Shown here piece after piece: positions 28,107 to 36,895 of a stretch of DNA of 44,862 nt. The DNA comes from a virus (lineage: Duplodnaviria; Caudoviricetes). Made by a program: the position numbers and the translations under genes. Every line of letters starts with the position of its first letter. Within the stretch, counting starts at the first letter, position 1. A model generated the notes under the pieces. The model worked only from the letters and a program-made list of their open reading frames with translations, did not search any database and had not been told where the DNA came from. The DNA lies in IMG/VR virus record IMGVR_UViG_3300049142_000086, positions 1 to 44,862 of that record; one strand, 5' to 3'.

Positions 28107-28928
28107 ATGGCAGGCTCCATCCGCGCCCGCGCCGCCAGTGCCGTCGCCAAGCTGAAGCAGCACGGCGACCACGACGAGGCAGCAGCCATCGAGTCGTTGC
28201 TTGCCCCCCGTGGCTACCTGCTGCTGAAGCGCACCGAGGAAGGGGAGACCAGTCCTCTGTCCTTGACGGTGACGGCCGACCTGAAGAAGGCGCTGACCGA
28301 CGCGGCCGAGGAGTTCGATGTCGTGCTGGACAGCCTGGCCGAGGAGGCATACCGGCTGGTGCTGGCCGGTCAGTGGCTTCCGCCGGAGGCCGGCCGCAGC
28401 AAGGGCGGCCAGAAGGCGGTGTTGCAGGTGTCCGTCGACAGCCGGCTCCGCCAGGAGGTGCAGGCGAAGCTGTCGGGCCTGTCGCAGGAGGCCGGGTATC
28501 GGGTCGCGGAGTCGAACATCGTCCTGTCGCACATTTGCGAGGAGTTGGGCGTTGAGCGTCCGGGGTCGGTGAAGGCGGAGAGCCTGGAGATGCGGTTCCC
28601 GAAGTCGCTGGTGCAGCACTGGGAGCGGCAGGCTGAGGCTTGCGGCCAGTCGTTGCAGGAGATCGTCGAGGGCCGTATTCCGGCTCTGGTGGACGGGTCG
28701 TGGGTGCCGGAGCGGAACGCGTACCTGACGTCGTCGAAGCGCGGGCCGCGTGAGAAGAGTTGGTCGGAGTCGGAGCGGCAGCGGTTGTGGCTGCCGGTCG
28801 ACAAGGATTTGCTGGCGGACCTGCGGGCCAAGGCCGATGAGTTGTCGGCCGAGCTGGGTTACCTGGTGTATCCGGGTGCGGTGGTCCGCGCGATTCTGAC
28901 TGATCGGCTGGGTGAGCCGGCCGAGTAG
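28107..28928 (+). CDS. Tandem four-RHH DNA-binding protein (candidate repressor)
   Basis: SD GAAAGGA; four strand-helix-helix units (PLSLTV, VLQVSV, SLEMRF, RLWLPV) arranged as an internal duplication. Confidence 0.65.
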   Translation: MAGSIRARAASAVAKLKQHGDHDEAAAIESLLAPRGYLLLKRTEEGETSPLSLTVTADLKKALTDAAEEFDVVLDSLAEEAYRLVLAGQWLPPEAGRSKGGQKAVLQVSVDSRLRQEVQAKLSGLSQEAGYRVAESNIVLSHICEELGVERPGSVKAESLEMRFPKSLVQHWERQAEACGQSLQEIVEGRIPALVDGSWVPERNAYLTSSKRGPREKSWSESERQRLWLPVDKDLLADLRAKADELSAELGYLVYPGAVVRAILTDRLGEPAE

Positions 28929-29016
28929 CGGTTCCGGGCGGGCCGGCCTGGACGCCGACAACCAGTTCCCGGCCCTTTCGCCCATCAATCTCACTGAACA
29001 ACCTCAAGGAGACCTC

Positions 29017-29934
29017 ATGCCGCAGGGCATCGAGGCCCCCGCCAGCATCACGGCGGAGGGCCAGACCTCGCACACCCTTTTCCAGGCCGCCCGTCCGGCC
29101 AACACCTTCGGATACACCCGTGAGCAGCAGATCGAGGCGCTGCGCAAGCTGCGGGAGCCGTTCAAGCCTGAGGAGATCCGCTACCTGCCGCGGATTTGGT
29201 GCCGTGCGTGCAAGAGCGCTGGCTGGAGCGGCTGCCAGCAGCACCCGGTCAGCAAGTGCGGGAAGTGCAAGCAGAAAATGCCGCGGGATGGCCACATCGA
29301 CTTGGCGTACGTCGGGCATGCGGAGGCGACGAACCGGCTGCTGAACGTGGACCCGTTCTGGGACTGGGAGCCGCTGACCGTGGACGAGCGGGGTCTGCCG
29401 CAGGTCGACGGGTACCGCGGGTTGTGGATCCGGTTGACGGTGTGCGGGATGACCCGCCTCGGGTACGGGCACGCCGGCGACAAGACGGGTGGCGACGCGG
29501 TGAAGGAGGTCATCGGCGACGCGATCCGGAACGCGGGGATGCGGTTCGGGATGGCGCTGGATCTGTGGACGTCGTCGGACCTGGAGATCATCGAATCGGG
29601 CGGCGCGTCGCTGGACGACAGCACGTCGGGCGTACGGGCCGAGCCCTCTCGACAGGCCCCTGCCACGACCGCGTCCCGTAAGACGGCGGAGCCGACACAG
29701 GAGAAGGAGCGGCAGGAGTCGCGTGAGGAGGCGTTCGCGCGGCTGACGGAGCAGTACCGGAACTGCTGGGGCAACGCGCTGGCCCTGGCGCAGATCCGGC
29801 TGGAGGGGAAGAAGCTCGGGTTCTCCGGGGACCGGGTGCAGGGGCCGCCGCCGGAGTCGAAGTGGATGACGTTCGACGAGCTGCTTGAGTCCCGCATCAC
29901 CGAACTGTCCGGATCGGAGGGAAGGGCCGCATGA
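29017..29934 (+). CDS. Rad52/Sak-like single-strand annealing protein with a Cys/His insert
   Basis: LREPF...LAYVGHAEATNRLLNVDPFWDW...KEVIGDAIRNAGMRFGMALDLW. Confidence 0.8.
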   Translation: MPQGIEAPASITAEGQTSHTLFQAARPANTFGYTREQQIEALRKLREPFKPEEIRYLPRIWCRACKSAGWSGCQQHPVSKCGKCKQKMPRDGHIDLAYVGHAEATNRLLNVDPFWDWEPLTVDERGLPQVDGYRGLWIRLTVCGMTRLGYGHAGDKTGGDAVKEVIGDAIRNAGMRFGMALDLWTSSDLEIIESGGASLDDSTSGVRAEPSRQAPATTASRKTAEPTQEKERQESREEAFARLTEQYRNCWGNALALAQIRLEGKKLGFSGDRVQGPPPESKWMTFDELLESRITELSGSEGRAA

Positions 29935-31553
29935 TGTACCGCCACGACAATGACGCACTCACCGTCATGGATTGGTTCTGTGGTGCCGGCGGTTCGAGTC
30001 AGGGCATGCATGCCGTCCCCGGCGTTCGTGTGGAGAGGGCCGCGAACCACTGGGAGCGGGCCATCCAGTCCCACGAGGCGAACTTCCCCGACGCCTCCCA
30101 CTACCGCGGTGATATCCGCAAGGCGCCGGTGTGGGCGTGGCCGGTGACGGACCTGTTCTGGGCGTCGCCGGAGTGCACCAACTGGAGCATCGCGAAGGGT
30201 AAGCAGCGCAGCTTCGAGAAGGCCGTCCAGGGTGACCTGCTGGACCTGTACGCGGAGATGGAGGCGGCGAAGTTCAAGACGGTCGATGAGGAGGACGACG
30301 GCCCGAAGGCGTCGGAGGAGGAAGAGTCCCGGGCGCTGATGGAGGAGGTCCCGTTGTACCTGCGCGGCGTGATCGAGCGGGGCGGTCTCGTGAAGGCCGG
30401 TGTGGTCGAGAACGTGGTGGATGTGCGGGCGTGGGCGGAGTGGGACCGGTGGCTGGGCGAGATCCACAAGATGGGCTACCGGACCCGGGTTATCGCGCTG
30501 AACAGCATGCACGCGGATCCGCGGTCGGTGCACAAGGCGCCGCAGTCGCGGGACCGGCTGTACGTCGCCTACTGGCACCAGTCGCTGGGACGGTCTCCGG
30601 ACTGGGACAAGTGGCTGCGGCCGAGGGCCTGGTGCTCGTCCTGCGAGGAGTGGGTTCAGGCGGTGCAGTGGTTCAAGACGCCGGGCCGGGACATGGGCCG
30701 GTACCGCGCGCAGTACGTGTACCGGTGTCCGCGCATTTCGTGCCGGAATCAGGTGGTGGAGCCGGAGACGCTTCCGGCGGCGGTGGCGATCGACTGGTCG
30801 ATTCCGGGACAGCGGATCGGGGATCGGGCCCGGCCGTTGGCGGAGAAGACACTCCGCCGGATCAAGGCGGGTCTGGAGCGGTTCGCGCAGCCGATCGTGG
30901 TTCCGGCCGGCGGGACGTGGCGGGATGGTGCGACGGCGGTGGGGGATCCGATGCCGACGCGGACGACGCGGGAGAGCAACGGCCTGGCGATACCGCCTCT
31001 GCTGATTCCGGTGGAGGGCAGGGATGGGAAGGAGCCGCGGTCGGCGCATGAGCCGCTGCGGACTCAGACGGCGCGGAACGAGACCGGGCTGGCGTGGTTG
31101 CCGTTCATCGCCGAGCTGCGCGGTGGCGGATCGGTGGCACGGCCGGTGACGGAGTCCCTGGCTACGGTGACGGCGTCGGGGAACCACCACGGTCTGTGTC
31201 TGCCTGCGGGCGCGTCGGAGCACATGCTGACCCCGTACTACGGCACGGGCGTGGCCCGGTCGGTGCGGGAGTCGATCGGGGCGCTGACTACGCGGGACCG
31301 TTACGCGTTGGTGCGCGGCGAGGTCGACATCGACGACGTGATGTTCAGGATGTTGGAGCCTCGCGAGATCGGCAGGGCGATGTCGTTCGCCGATGAGTAC
31401 ATCGTGTTGGGGTCGAAGCGGGAGAAGGTCCGCCAGTACGGCAACGCGGTGACCCCGAACGCGGCGGAAGTCCTGGTGTGCGCGCTGGTGGAGTGCATCA
31501 CTGGCGAGGACATCGACCGCTACGCCGACGAGCAGTTCGCCGTCGCTGCTTGA
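29931..31553 (+). CDS. DNA (cytosine-5) methyltransferase
   Basis: Motifs I FCGAGG, IV SPEC, VI ENV, VIII PQSRDR and X GNAV. Confidence 0.92.
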   Translation: MMYRHDNDALTVMDWFCGAGGSSQGMHAVPGVRVERAANHWERAIQSHEANFPDASHYRGDIRKAPVWAWPVTDLFWASPECTNWSIAKGKQRSFEKAVQGDLLDLYAEMEAAKFKTVDEEDDGPKASEEEESRALMEEVPLYLRGVIERGGLVKAGVVENVVDVRAWAEWDRWLGEIHKMGYRTRVIALNSMHADPRSVHKAPQSRDRLYVAYWHQSLGRSPDWDKWLRPRAWCSSCEEWVQAVQWFKTPGRDMGRYRAQYVYRCPRISCRNQVVEPETLPAAVAIDWSIPGQRIGDRARPLAEKTLRRIKAGLERFAQPIVVPAGGTWRDGATAVGDPMPTRTTRESNGLAIPPLLIPVEGRDGKEPRSAHEPLRTQTARNETGLAWLPFIAELRGGGSVARPVTESLATVTASGNHHGLCLPAGASEHMLTPYYGTGVARSVRESIGALTTRDRYALVRGEVDIDDVMFRMLEPREIGRAMSFADEYIVLGSKREKVRQYGNAVTPNAAEVLVCALVECITGEDIDRYADEQFAVAA

Positions 31554-31682
31554 AGCCGGGCCCGCCACGCTGCGGGCCCGATCAGAGGCCGCCGCGAGTT
31601 GGCCGGGGCCGGACGGGCCCCCTGTACCGGTCCGGCCCCCTTGTTCGTTCCCTTCCCCTTGATGTTGGAGGTGAGTGCCGCT

Positions 31683-31970
31683 GTGGCGGTTCGAACCGTG
31701 ACGGCCGCCGTGGCATTCGCTGCGGCGGTCGTCGTTTGTGCTGTGGCTGTGCGCCGGTCTCGGCGGTTGCGTCGCCAGTTGGTGGCGGAGCGGTTGATGG
31801 CTGGCTGTGTGAGGCGGGACAACGCGGTGCTGCTGCGTGAGCTGGAGGCGTTCCGGCGGCGTCTGGACCCGCTGCTGGCCCCGGGCGTGGTCGTGCCGGC
31901 CGCGGGCCCGGCCCCTGACCCTGCCGTCCCTGATCCGTTGTTTCCGCCGTTGGAGGGAGGCCCCCGATGA
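31683..31970 (+). CDS. Small membrane-anchored protein
   Basis: SD GGAGGTG and a hydrophobic N-terminus; start uncertain. Confidence 0.55.
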   Translation: MAVRTVTAAVAFAAAVVVCAVAVRRSRRLRRQLVAERLMAGCVRRDNAVLLRELEAFRRRLDPLLAPGVVVPAAGPAPDPAVPDPLFPPLEGGPR

Positions 31971-32806
31971 CCACTACCGAGAGGCTGCGCCGCGCGTGGC
32001 TGGACCACCCGTATTTCCGCTATAGGGGTTGTGCGCCGGACCCGGACGATCCGATGCGGATGGCGGGTAACCCGGATCTGCATGTGGGTGCCCATCATGG
32101 GCCGGATGCGTTCGTGCCGGAGGGGCAGAGGGAGCGGCGGGCGCGGGAGGACGCTGCGATCGAGGTGTGCGTGTCGTGTCCGGTGATGGTGGCTTGTGAT
32201 GCGTACGCGTCGTCGGTGACGGCGGACGGCAGGTTGGCGGAGCCGGACGGGGTGTGGGGTGGCCGGCGGGCGTTGGACCGCCACAAGGCGCTCATCAAGG
32301 CGCGGCATGCTGCGGTTCCGGCGCCGGACCGGGTGTTCCAGACGGAGCAGAAGCGGGCGGTGTTGCGGGCGTTGGCGCGGTGTTGGGAGCCGTTCGAGGT
32401 GGCGGCCGCGGCGGGGGTGGATGTGCGGACGGCGAACTGGCAGCGGTCGTCGTTGGTGCGGCTGTTGGGGTTGCCGAAGGGTGCGTCGCGGATGCGGGCG
32501 TTGGCTGCGGCGCGGGAGCGGGGTCTGTTGGAGGGGGTGGAGCTGGTGCCGGATGACGGGTCGGTGCCGGCGGTGCCGCCGCCGACTCCGGTGAAGGCGC
32601 CCGCTGCTGCGCCGGTCGCGGGTTCCGTGGCCGGGGTGGTTTCGGTGTCGGCTCGCCGGGCGGCTGGGGTCGCGGTGCTGTCTGGGCGCCGGGCCCGCCG
32701 GCGGGTGCAGGTGATGCCTGGTCAGTTGTCGCTCGATGACGCTCTCGCAGCCCCGGCTGCTGCTGTCGCTCTGTTCCCTGCTCGCCGTCTGGAGGCTGCC
32801 GCATGA
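31967..32806 (+). CDS. WhiB-family Fe-S regulator fused to a LuxR-like HTH
   Basis: C...CVSCPVMVAC...GVWGG, then TEQKRAVLRALA...EVAAAAGVDVRTA...LVRLLG...ARERGLL. Confidence 0.85.
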   Translation: MTTTERLRRAWLDHPYFRYRGCAPDPDDPMRMAGNPDLHVGAHHGPDAFVPEGQRERRAREDAAIEVCVSCPVMVACDAYASSVTADGRLAEPDGVWGGRRALDRHKALIKARHAAVPAPDRVFQTEQKRAVLRALARCWEPFEVAAAAGVDVRTANWQRSSLVRLLGLPKGASRMRALAAARERGLLEGVELVPDDGSVPAVPPPTPVKAPAAAPVAGSVAGVVSVSARRAAGVAVLSGRRARRRVQVMPGQLSLDDALAAPAAAVALFPARRLEAAA

Positions 32807-33258
32807 CCGAGATCCCCACCACCAACCCGATCGTCGACGAGGGCGAGCCGGCCGTGTCCGCGCAGGAGCGGGCCGAGTTCGAGACGATGCGCGTGGATGC
32901 GGTGCTGACCGGGCGGGCGATGTCGTCGGGTGAGTTCCTCGCGGGTCTGATCGCGGAGGCCCTGGTGGAGACGGTGGGCCGTCCGGACAAGCTGGCCGCG
33001 GACTTGTTCCCTGACGTGGATCCGGTGGTGGTGCAGCGGGTGTGGGATCGGGCGTTGGCGGTGGGGTTGTGTGCGGGGCGCCGGTCGGTGTCGCCGCGCC
33101 TGTACCGGGACGAGATGGCCCGGATAGAAGGCGCGTTGGCGGAGGCCGGGTTTCATGCGATGGCGGGGTTGGTGGCCCGGTCGCGGCGGTTGGTGGCGCC
33201 GGAGGTGCCGCATCCGGCGGATGGTGAGGTGACGCGTGGGCGTGGTTCGGCGCTGTGA
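32803..33258 (+). CDS. Hypothetical protein
   Basis: ATGA overlap, SD GGAGG, 151 aa. Confidence 0.7.
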   Translation: MTEIPTTNPIVDEGEPAVSAQERAEFETMRVDAVLTGRAMSSGEFLAGLIAEALVETVGRPDKLAADLFPDVDPVVVQRVWDRALAVGLCAGRRSVSPRLYRDEMARIEGALAEAGFHAMAGLVARSRRLVAPEVPHPADGEVTRGRGSAL

Positions 33259-33611
33259 TCAGTACGACGAGCGACACGTGGGAAGGGGCGGGGACAGGTG
33301 ACGGCTCGAACCGGTAGGCTGAGCCTTGCGTCAGACGTGCAGTCAGTTGCGAGGCCGCACGGAGGGCGTTCAGAAAAGTCGGAAGCCCCCGCTGCCACCG
33401 TGGTGGCGGTCCCGGTTTGCGAGGCCGGGACGCGAGGGCTGTCGACACCACACCGTTGCTGGACGAATGAAGGTGCCGACGTGGCAAAGCGTACCCGGGG
33501 TACTTCCCCTCATGACAGGCCCACCCGAAGTTTCTGCGGATCCGGCGTGAAGATCACACCGCCGACGCAGCCGGGCCCTGTCCCTTCAACCCACACAGTC
33601 GCGTGACCGCC

Positions 33612-34445
33612 ATGCGGCCGCCCTTCCCCTACTACGGGGCAAAGGGCCGGCTTGCCGGTCAGATCGTCGACTTGATGCCGCGGCACCGCGTGTACGTGGA
33701 GCCGTTCGCTGGTTCCGCTGCGGTGCTGTTCGCCAAGCCGTCTGCTCCGGTGGAGGTCATCAACGACCTGGACCGCAACGTCACCACGTTCTTCCGGGTC
33801 CTTCGGGACACACCAAACGACCTGGTCCGGGCTCTGCGGTTCACGCCGTACGCCCGGGACGAGTTCGCGGCCGCAGACCTCGCCGAAGAAGGGATCAGTG
33901 ATCTGGAGCGGGCCCGTCGGTTCTTCGTTCGCACGACGCAGGGCCACAACGCCGCCGGGTCTGGTGGTCGTGCTGGCTGGTCGAACGGGATAAGGGCGCG
34001 GCACACCGACGCCACCGCTACTCGGAACCTGGTCGAGCGGCTGGACCAGGTCGCCGACCGGCTCCGTACGGTCGTGGTCGACAACCGGGACGCTGCCGAG
34101 GTCATCGCCGCGCACGACGCCGAGGATACGGTGTTCTACCTTGATCCGCCGTACCTGTCGGGGACGCGTACCTGCGGCCGCGACTACGCGCACGAGGCGG
34201 ACGGCGACGACTTCCACCGAGGCCTCGCCGCGGTGCTGCACGGCGTGCAAGGTACGGTTCTGCTGTCCGGGTATCCGTCGGCACTGTACGACGAGCTGTA
34301 CGCGGGCTGGGACCGGATCGAGGTCACCGTCCACCGCGCTGCCACGAACTCCCGCGGCCGCACTGCGGTGCCGCGGGGCATAGAGGTCGTCTGGTCGAAT
34401 CGGCCGTTGAGCCGTCAGGTCTCCCTGTTCGAGGGGGCATCATGA
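33612..34445 (+). CDS. DNA adenine methyltransferase (Dam/D12 class)
   Basis: [21 protein letters not shown] and YLDPPY motifs. Confidence 0.92.
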   Translation: MRPPFPYYGAKGRLAGQIVDLMPRHRVYVEPFAGSAAVLFAKPSAPVEVINDLDRNVTTFFRVLRDTPNDLVRALRFTPYARDEFAAADLAEEGISDLERARRFFVRTTQGHNAAGSGGRAGWSNGIRARHTDATATRNLVERLDQVADRLRTVVVDNRDAAEVIAAHDAEDTVFYLDPPYLSGTRTCGRDYAHEADGDDFHRGLAAVLHGVQGTVLLSGYPSALYDELYAGWDRIEVTVHRAATNSRGRTAVPRGIEVVWSNRPLSRQVSLFEGAS

Positions 34446-34834
34446 CCGCTCAGACCTCGCCGGCCCGCTGGCACCTGACCATCACGTGCCCCCGACCCCG
34501 CAACCGCGCTGTCGACGACTTCCACGTCCGGCCGGAACGCGTGGCGAACGTAGCCGCGATGTTTCTTGGTGCTCGCGCCGAGCTGGTCCTGACCGCGCGC
34601 ACGGTCCGGTTCAGCATCACCCGGGAGCATCCGATCACCGACGTCGGCTACTGGCAGAAGCAGTTGGCGTTCGCCCTGGACTGCCTCTACCTCGACGTTG
34701 AGCGCGACGGCCGCCGCGACTTCCGTCTGCCTCGTCCGGTCCGGGTCGAACTGCGTGAGACGGACGACCAGAACCTCCTCGCCGTCAAGGCGCAGGGGCA
34801 GGCCCAACCCATTGAGGGAGAGCGAGTGACTTAG
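34442..34834 (+). CDS. Hypothetical protein
   Basis: ATGA overlap, 130 aa. Confidence 0.65.
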   Translation: MTAQTSPARWHLTITCPRPRNRAVDDFHVRPERVANVAAMFLGARAELVLTARTVRFSITREHPITDVGYWQKQLAFALDCLYLDVERDGRRDFRLPRPVRVELRETDDQNLLAVKAQGQAQPIEGERVT

Positions 34835-34860
34835 CGAGTAGCTGAGGCGGGAGGTCCTGC

Positions 34861-35004
34861 CGCTCCCTTGCCGGGGAGCGCTTCCTCTACCGCCTGGGCC
34901 GTATCCCGGCTGGTGTTTGCCGACACCTTCCGAGCCTCACGGCCCTCGTACCACGGCCCGGATTGCCGTCCGAGCTAAGGCCCATCGGGTGCCACCCCGA
35001 GGGC
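34861..35004 (+). repeat. Array of hairpins with TTGCCG loops upstream of the replication gene
   Basis: CGCTCCC-TTGCCG-GGGAGCG, GGTGT-TTGCCG-ACACC and CGGA-TTGCCG-TCCG, plus TCGGG-TGCCAC-CCCGA. Confidence 0.8.
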
Positions 35005-35085
35005 GAGTGCTTCTTCCACCGAAGCGAACCACCCACCGAAGCGGGGGCCCTTTTGTGCTCCCGCGTTACCGGAAGCAGGTACATA

Positions 35086-36552
35086 GTGCCTCAGCGCACC
35101 CCGTCTTGTCAGCTTGGCAATCCCATGCCGGGCGATTCGCACCGTATGTCCCCCCTCCCGGGCGACACCCAGTGCCCCCAAACGCAACCCGACACGCCCA
35201 CCCACACCACCAAAACCGAACACGCAAACGAATCCGAGCACGGCACGCGGCTCCTGGTCACCACAGCCCACCAGTGGCTCCACACCACAACCGGCCGCAT
35301 CACCACCGACCCCCACTCCTGGATGACCGCCGTCCACTGGGTCACCGACCAGACCACCAAGGGCCACTACACGCCCACCCAGACCCACGGCCCGAAGTGG
35401 GGCCCCACCACCGTCGCCGTCGCCCAGGAGATCGCCGCGCTGAAGGAATGCCGGCCGTCCGTCGACTACCTCGCCCGCAAGTTGAAGATCAGCGCCCGCA
35501 CGGTGAAGTACCACCTCGCGATGCTCCGCGAGGTAGGGCTGCTGGTGTACCGGACCAAGGGCACCCGCCTCCGCGGCGAAGGCAACCGGGCATCCGTCTT
35601 CGAGCGGACCATCCCCGCCACGTTCGACGAAGCCATGGGAATCCGCACCATCGGCGAGGGTGCAACGCGCCGCCCCGTCGGCGCCGCACCGGAGTCCCGC
35701 AGCCTGCTCGGGAAGCTCGCGAAGAAGGCCGCCCGCAAGGCCCGCCGCCCCCGCCGCCGCACCCCCGCTCCCGACCAGCAGCGTTGCACCCTAATGCAGG
35801 GGGGTACTACTCGCACTTCTTCTGCGGCTGGTACTCACTTCCCCCCTGAGGCAGAGCTCGCAAGCGGGAAAGCCAAGTCCCCCACCCCCAAGTCGTCGAA
35901 GCGCAAGCCGCGGACCCTGAACAAGGTCGGCCGCCGCTACCAGCTCGCCGGCGAACTCATCGCCCGCGTTCCGTGGCTGAAGGGGGCCTCCCGATCCCGC
36001 ATCGCGTGGATCGTCCGCCACGTCGCCGACGCCGGCTGGACCACCCTCGAAGTCCAGGCCGCAGCCGAACGCATCGTCTCCGACAAGGAACCGCGCCGCC
36101 CGTCCGCCGTCCTCGCGTACCGGCTCGCGTCCTGCCACCTGCTGTACACCACCCCCGAGCGGCGCCGGGTCCTGGTGGAGGACTGGCAGGACTCCCGCCG
36201 CGCCCAGCAGACCCGCCACGCCAAGCACGCCTTCCAGTACCTCGGCACCGGCCCCCGCAGCATCGCCGCCCGCCGCGCCGTGGACGAGGCGTTCGCCGCC
36301 ATCCAGGCCCGCCTCGCCCCCGCCGTGGAGGAACCCGCCGACCAGGCGCCACTGATGCTCGAGGACCTCACCAAGGACGAGATCGTCGCCCTGCGCCTGG
36401 ACGCCATGAGGGACCCGGCGCTGATCCTGTCCGCGCTCGAGCTGCTCGGCGAACGCGACACCCGCCGCCTGTACACCAACCGCCTCGTCGACCAGACCCT
36501 CGCCCTCGAGACCATCCACGCCCGCCGCGACACCCTCGCCCCCGCCTTCTGA
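35086..36552 (+). CDS. Probable replication initiator (winged HTH)
   Basis: CRPSVDYLARKLKISARTVKYHLAMLREVGLL HTH typical of phage/plasmid initiators; start uncertain. Confidence 0.7.
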   Translation: MPQRTPSCQLGNPMPGDSHRMSPLPGDTQCPQTQPDTPTHTTKTEHANESEHGTRLLVTTAHQWLHTTTGRITTDPHSWMTAVHWVTDQTTKGHYTPTQTHGPKWGPTTVAVAQEIAALKECRPSVDYLARKLKISARTVKYHLAMLREVGLLVYRTKGTRLRGEGNRASVFERTIPATFDEAMGIRTIGEGATRRPVGAAPESRSLLGKLAKKAARKARRPRRRTPAPDQQRCTLMQGGTTRTSSAAGTHFPPEAELASGKAKSPTPKSSKRKPRTLNKVGRRYQLAGELIARVPWLKGASRSRIAWIVRHVADAGWTTLEVQAAAERIVSDKEPRRPSAVLAYRLASCHLLYTTPERRRVLVEDWQDSRRAQQTRHAKHAFQYLGTGPRSIAARRAVDEAFAAIQARLAPAVEEPADQAPLMLEDLTKDEIVALRLDAMRDPALILSALELLGERDTRRLYTNRLVDQTLALETIHARRDTLAPAF

Positions 36553-36562
36553 GGAGACCGCG

Positions 36563-36895
36563 ATGCCCGAAACCCCCGGCCACGTCGACTTCCACACCGT
36601 GCCGCTCGCCAACGGCGGCACCTGGACCCGCCTGTCCCGCCTGACCGACGGCCGCGTCATGTGCTGCCTCTGCTTCGAGTACGTCACCCGCGACCAGCTC
36701 AACCCCGTAGACGGCGGCGTGGAAGACGTCTGCACGACCTGCGCTCGCAAGGAAGCCGCAGTAGCAGAACTCCCCGCGAACGTCTGCCGAGTGACGCTGG
36801 ATCCCGGCTGGGGCGGCGACATACAGGTCTGCACGCGCCCCCGAGGCCATGCCGGATACCACCGGGACGACCGCGCGATGGGAGAGACGGCATGA
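36563..36895 (+). CDS. Zinc-finger hypothetical protein
   Basis: CCLC, CTTC and C...C...H...H; SD GAGGAG. Confidence 0.7.
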   Translation: MPETPGHVDFHTVPLANGGTWTRLSRLTDGRVMCCLCFEYVTRDQLNPVDGGVEDVCTTCARKEAAVAELPANVCRVTLDPGWGGDIQVCTRPRGHAGYHRDDRAMGETA

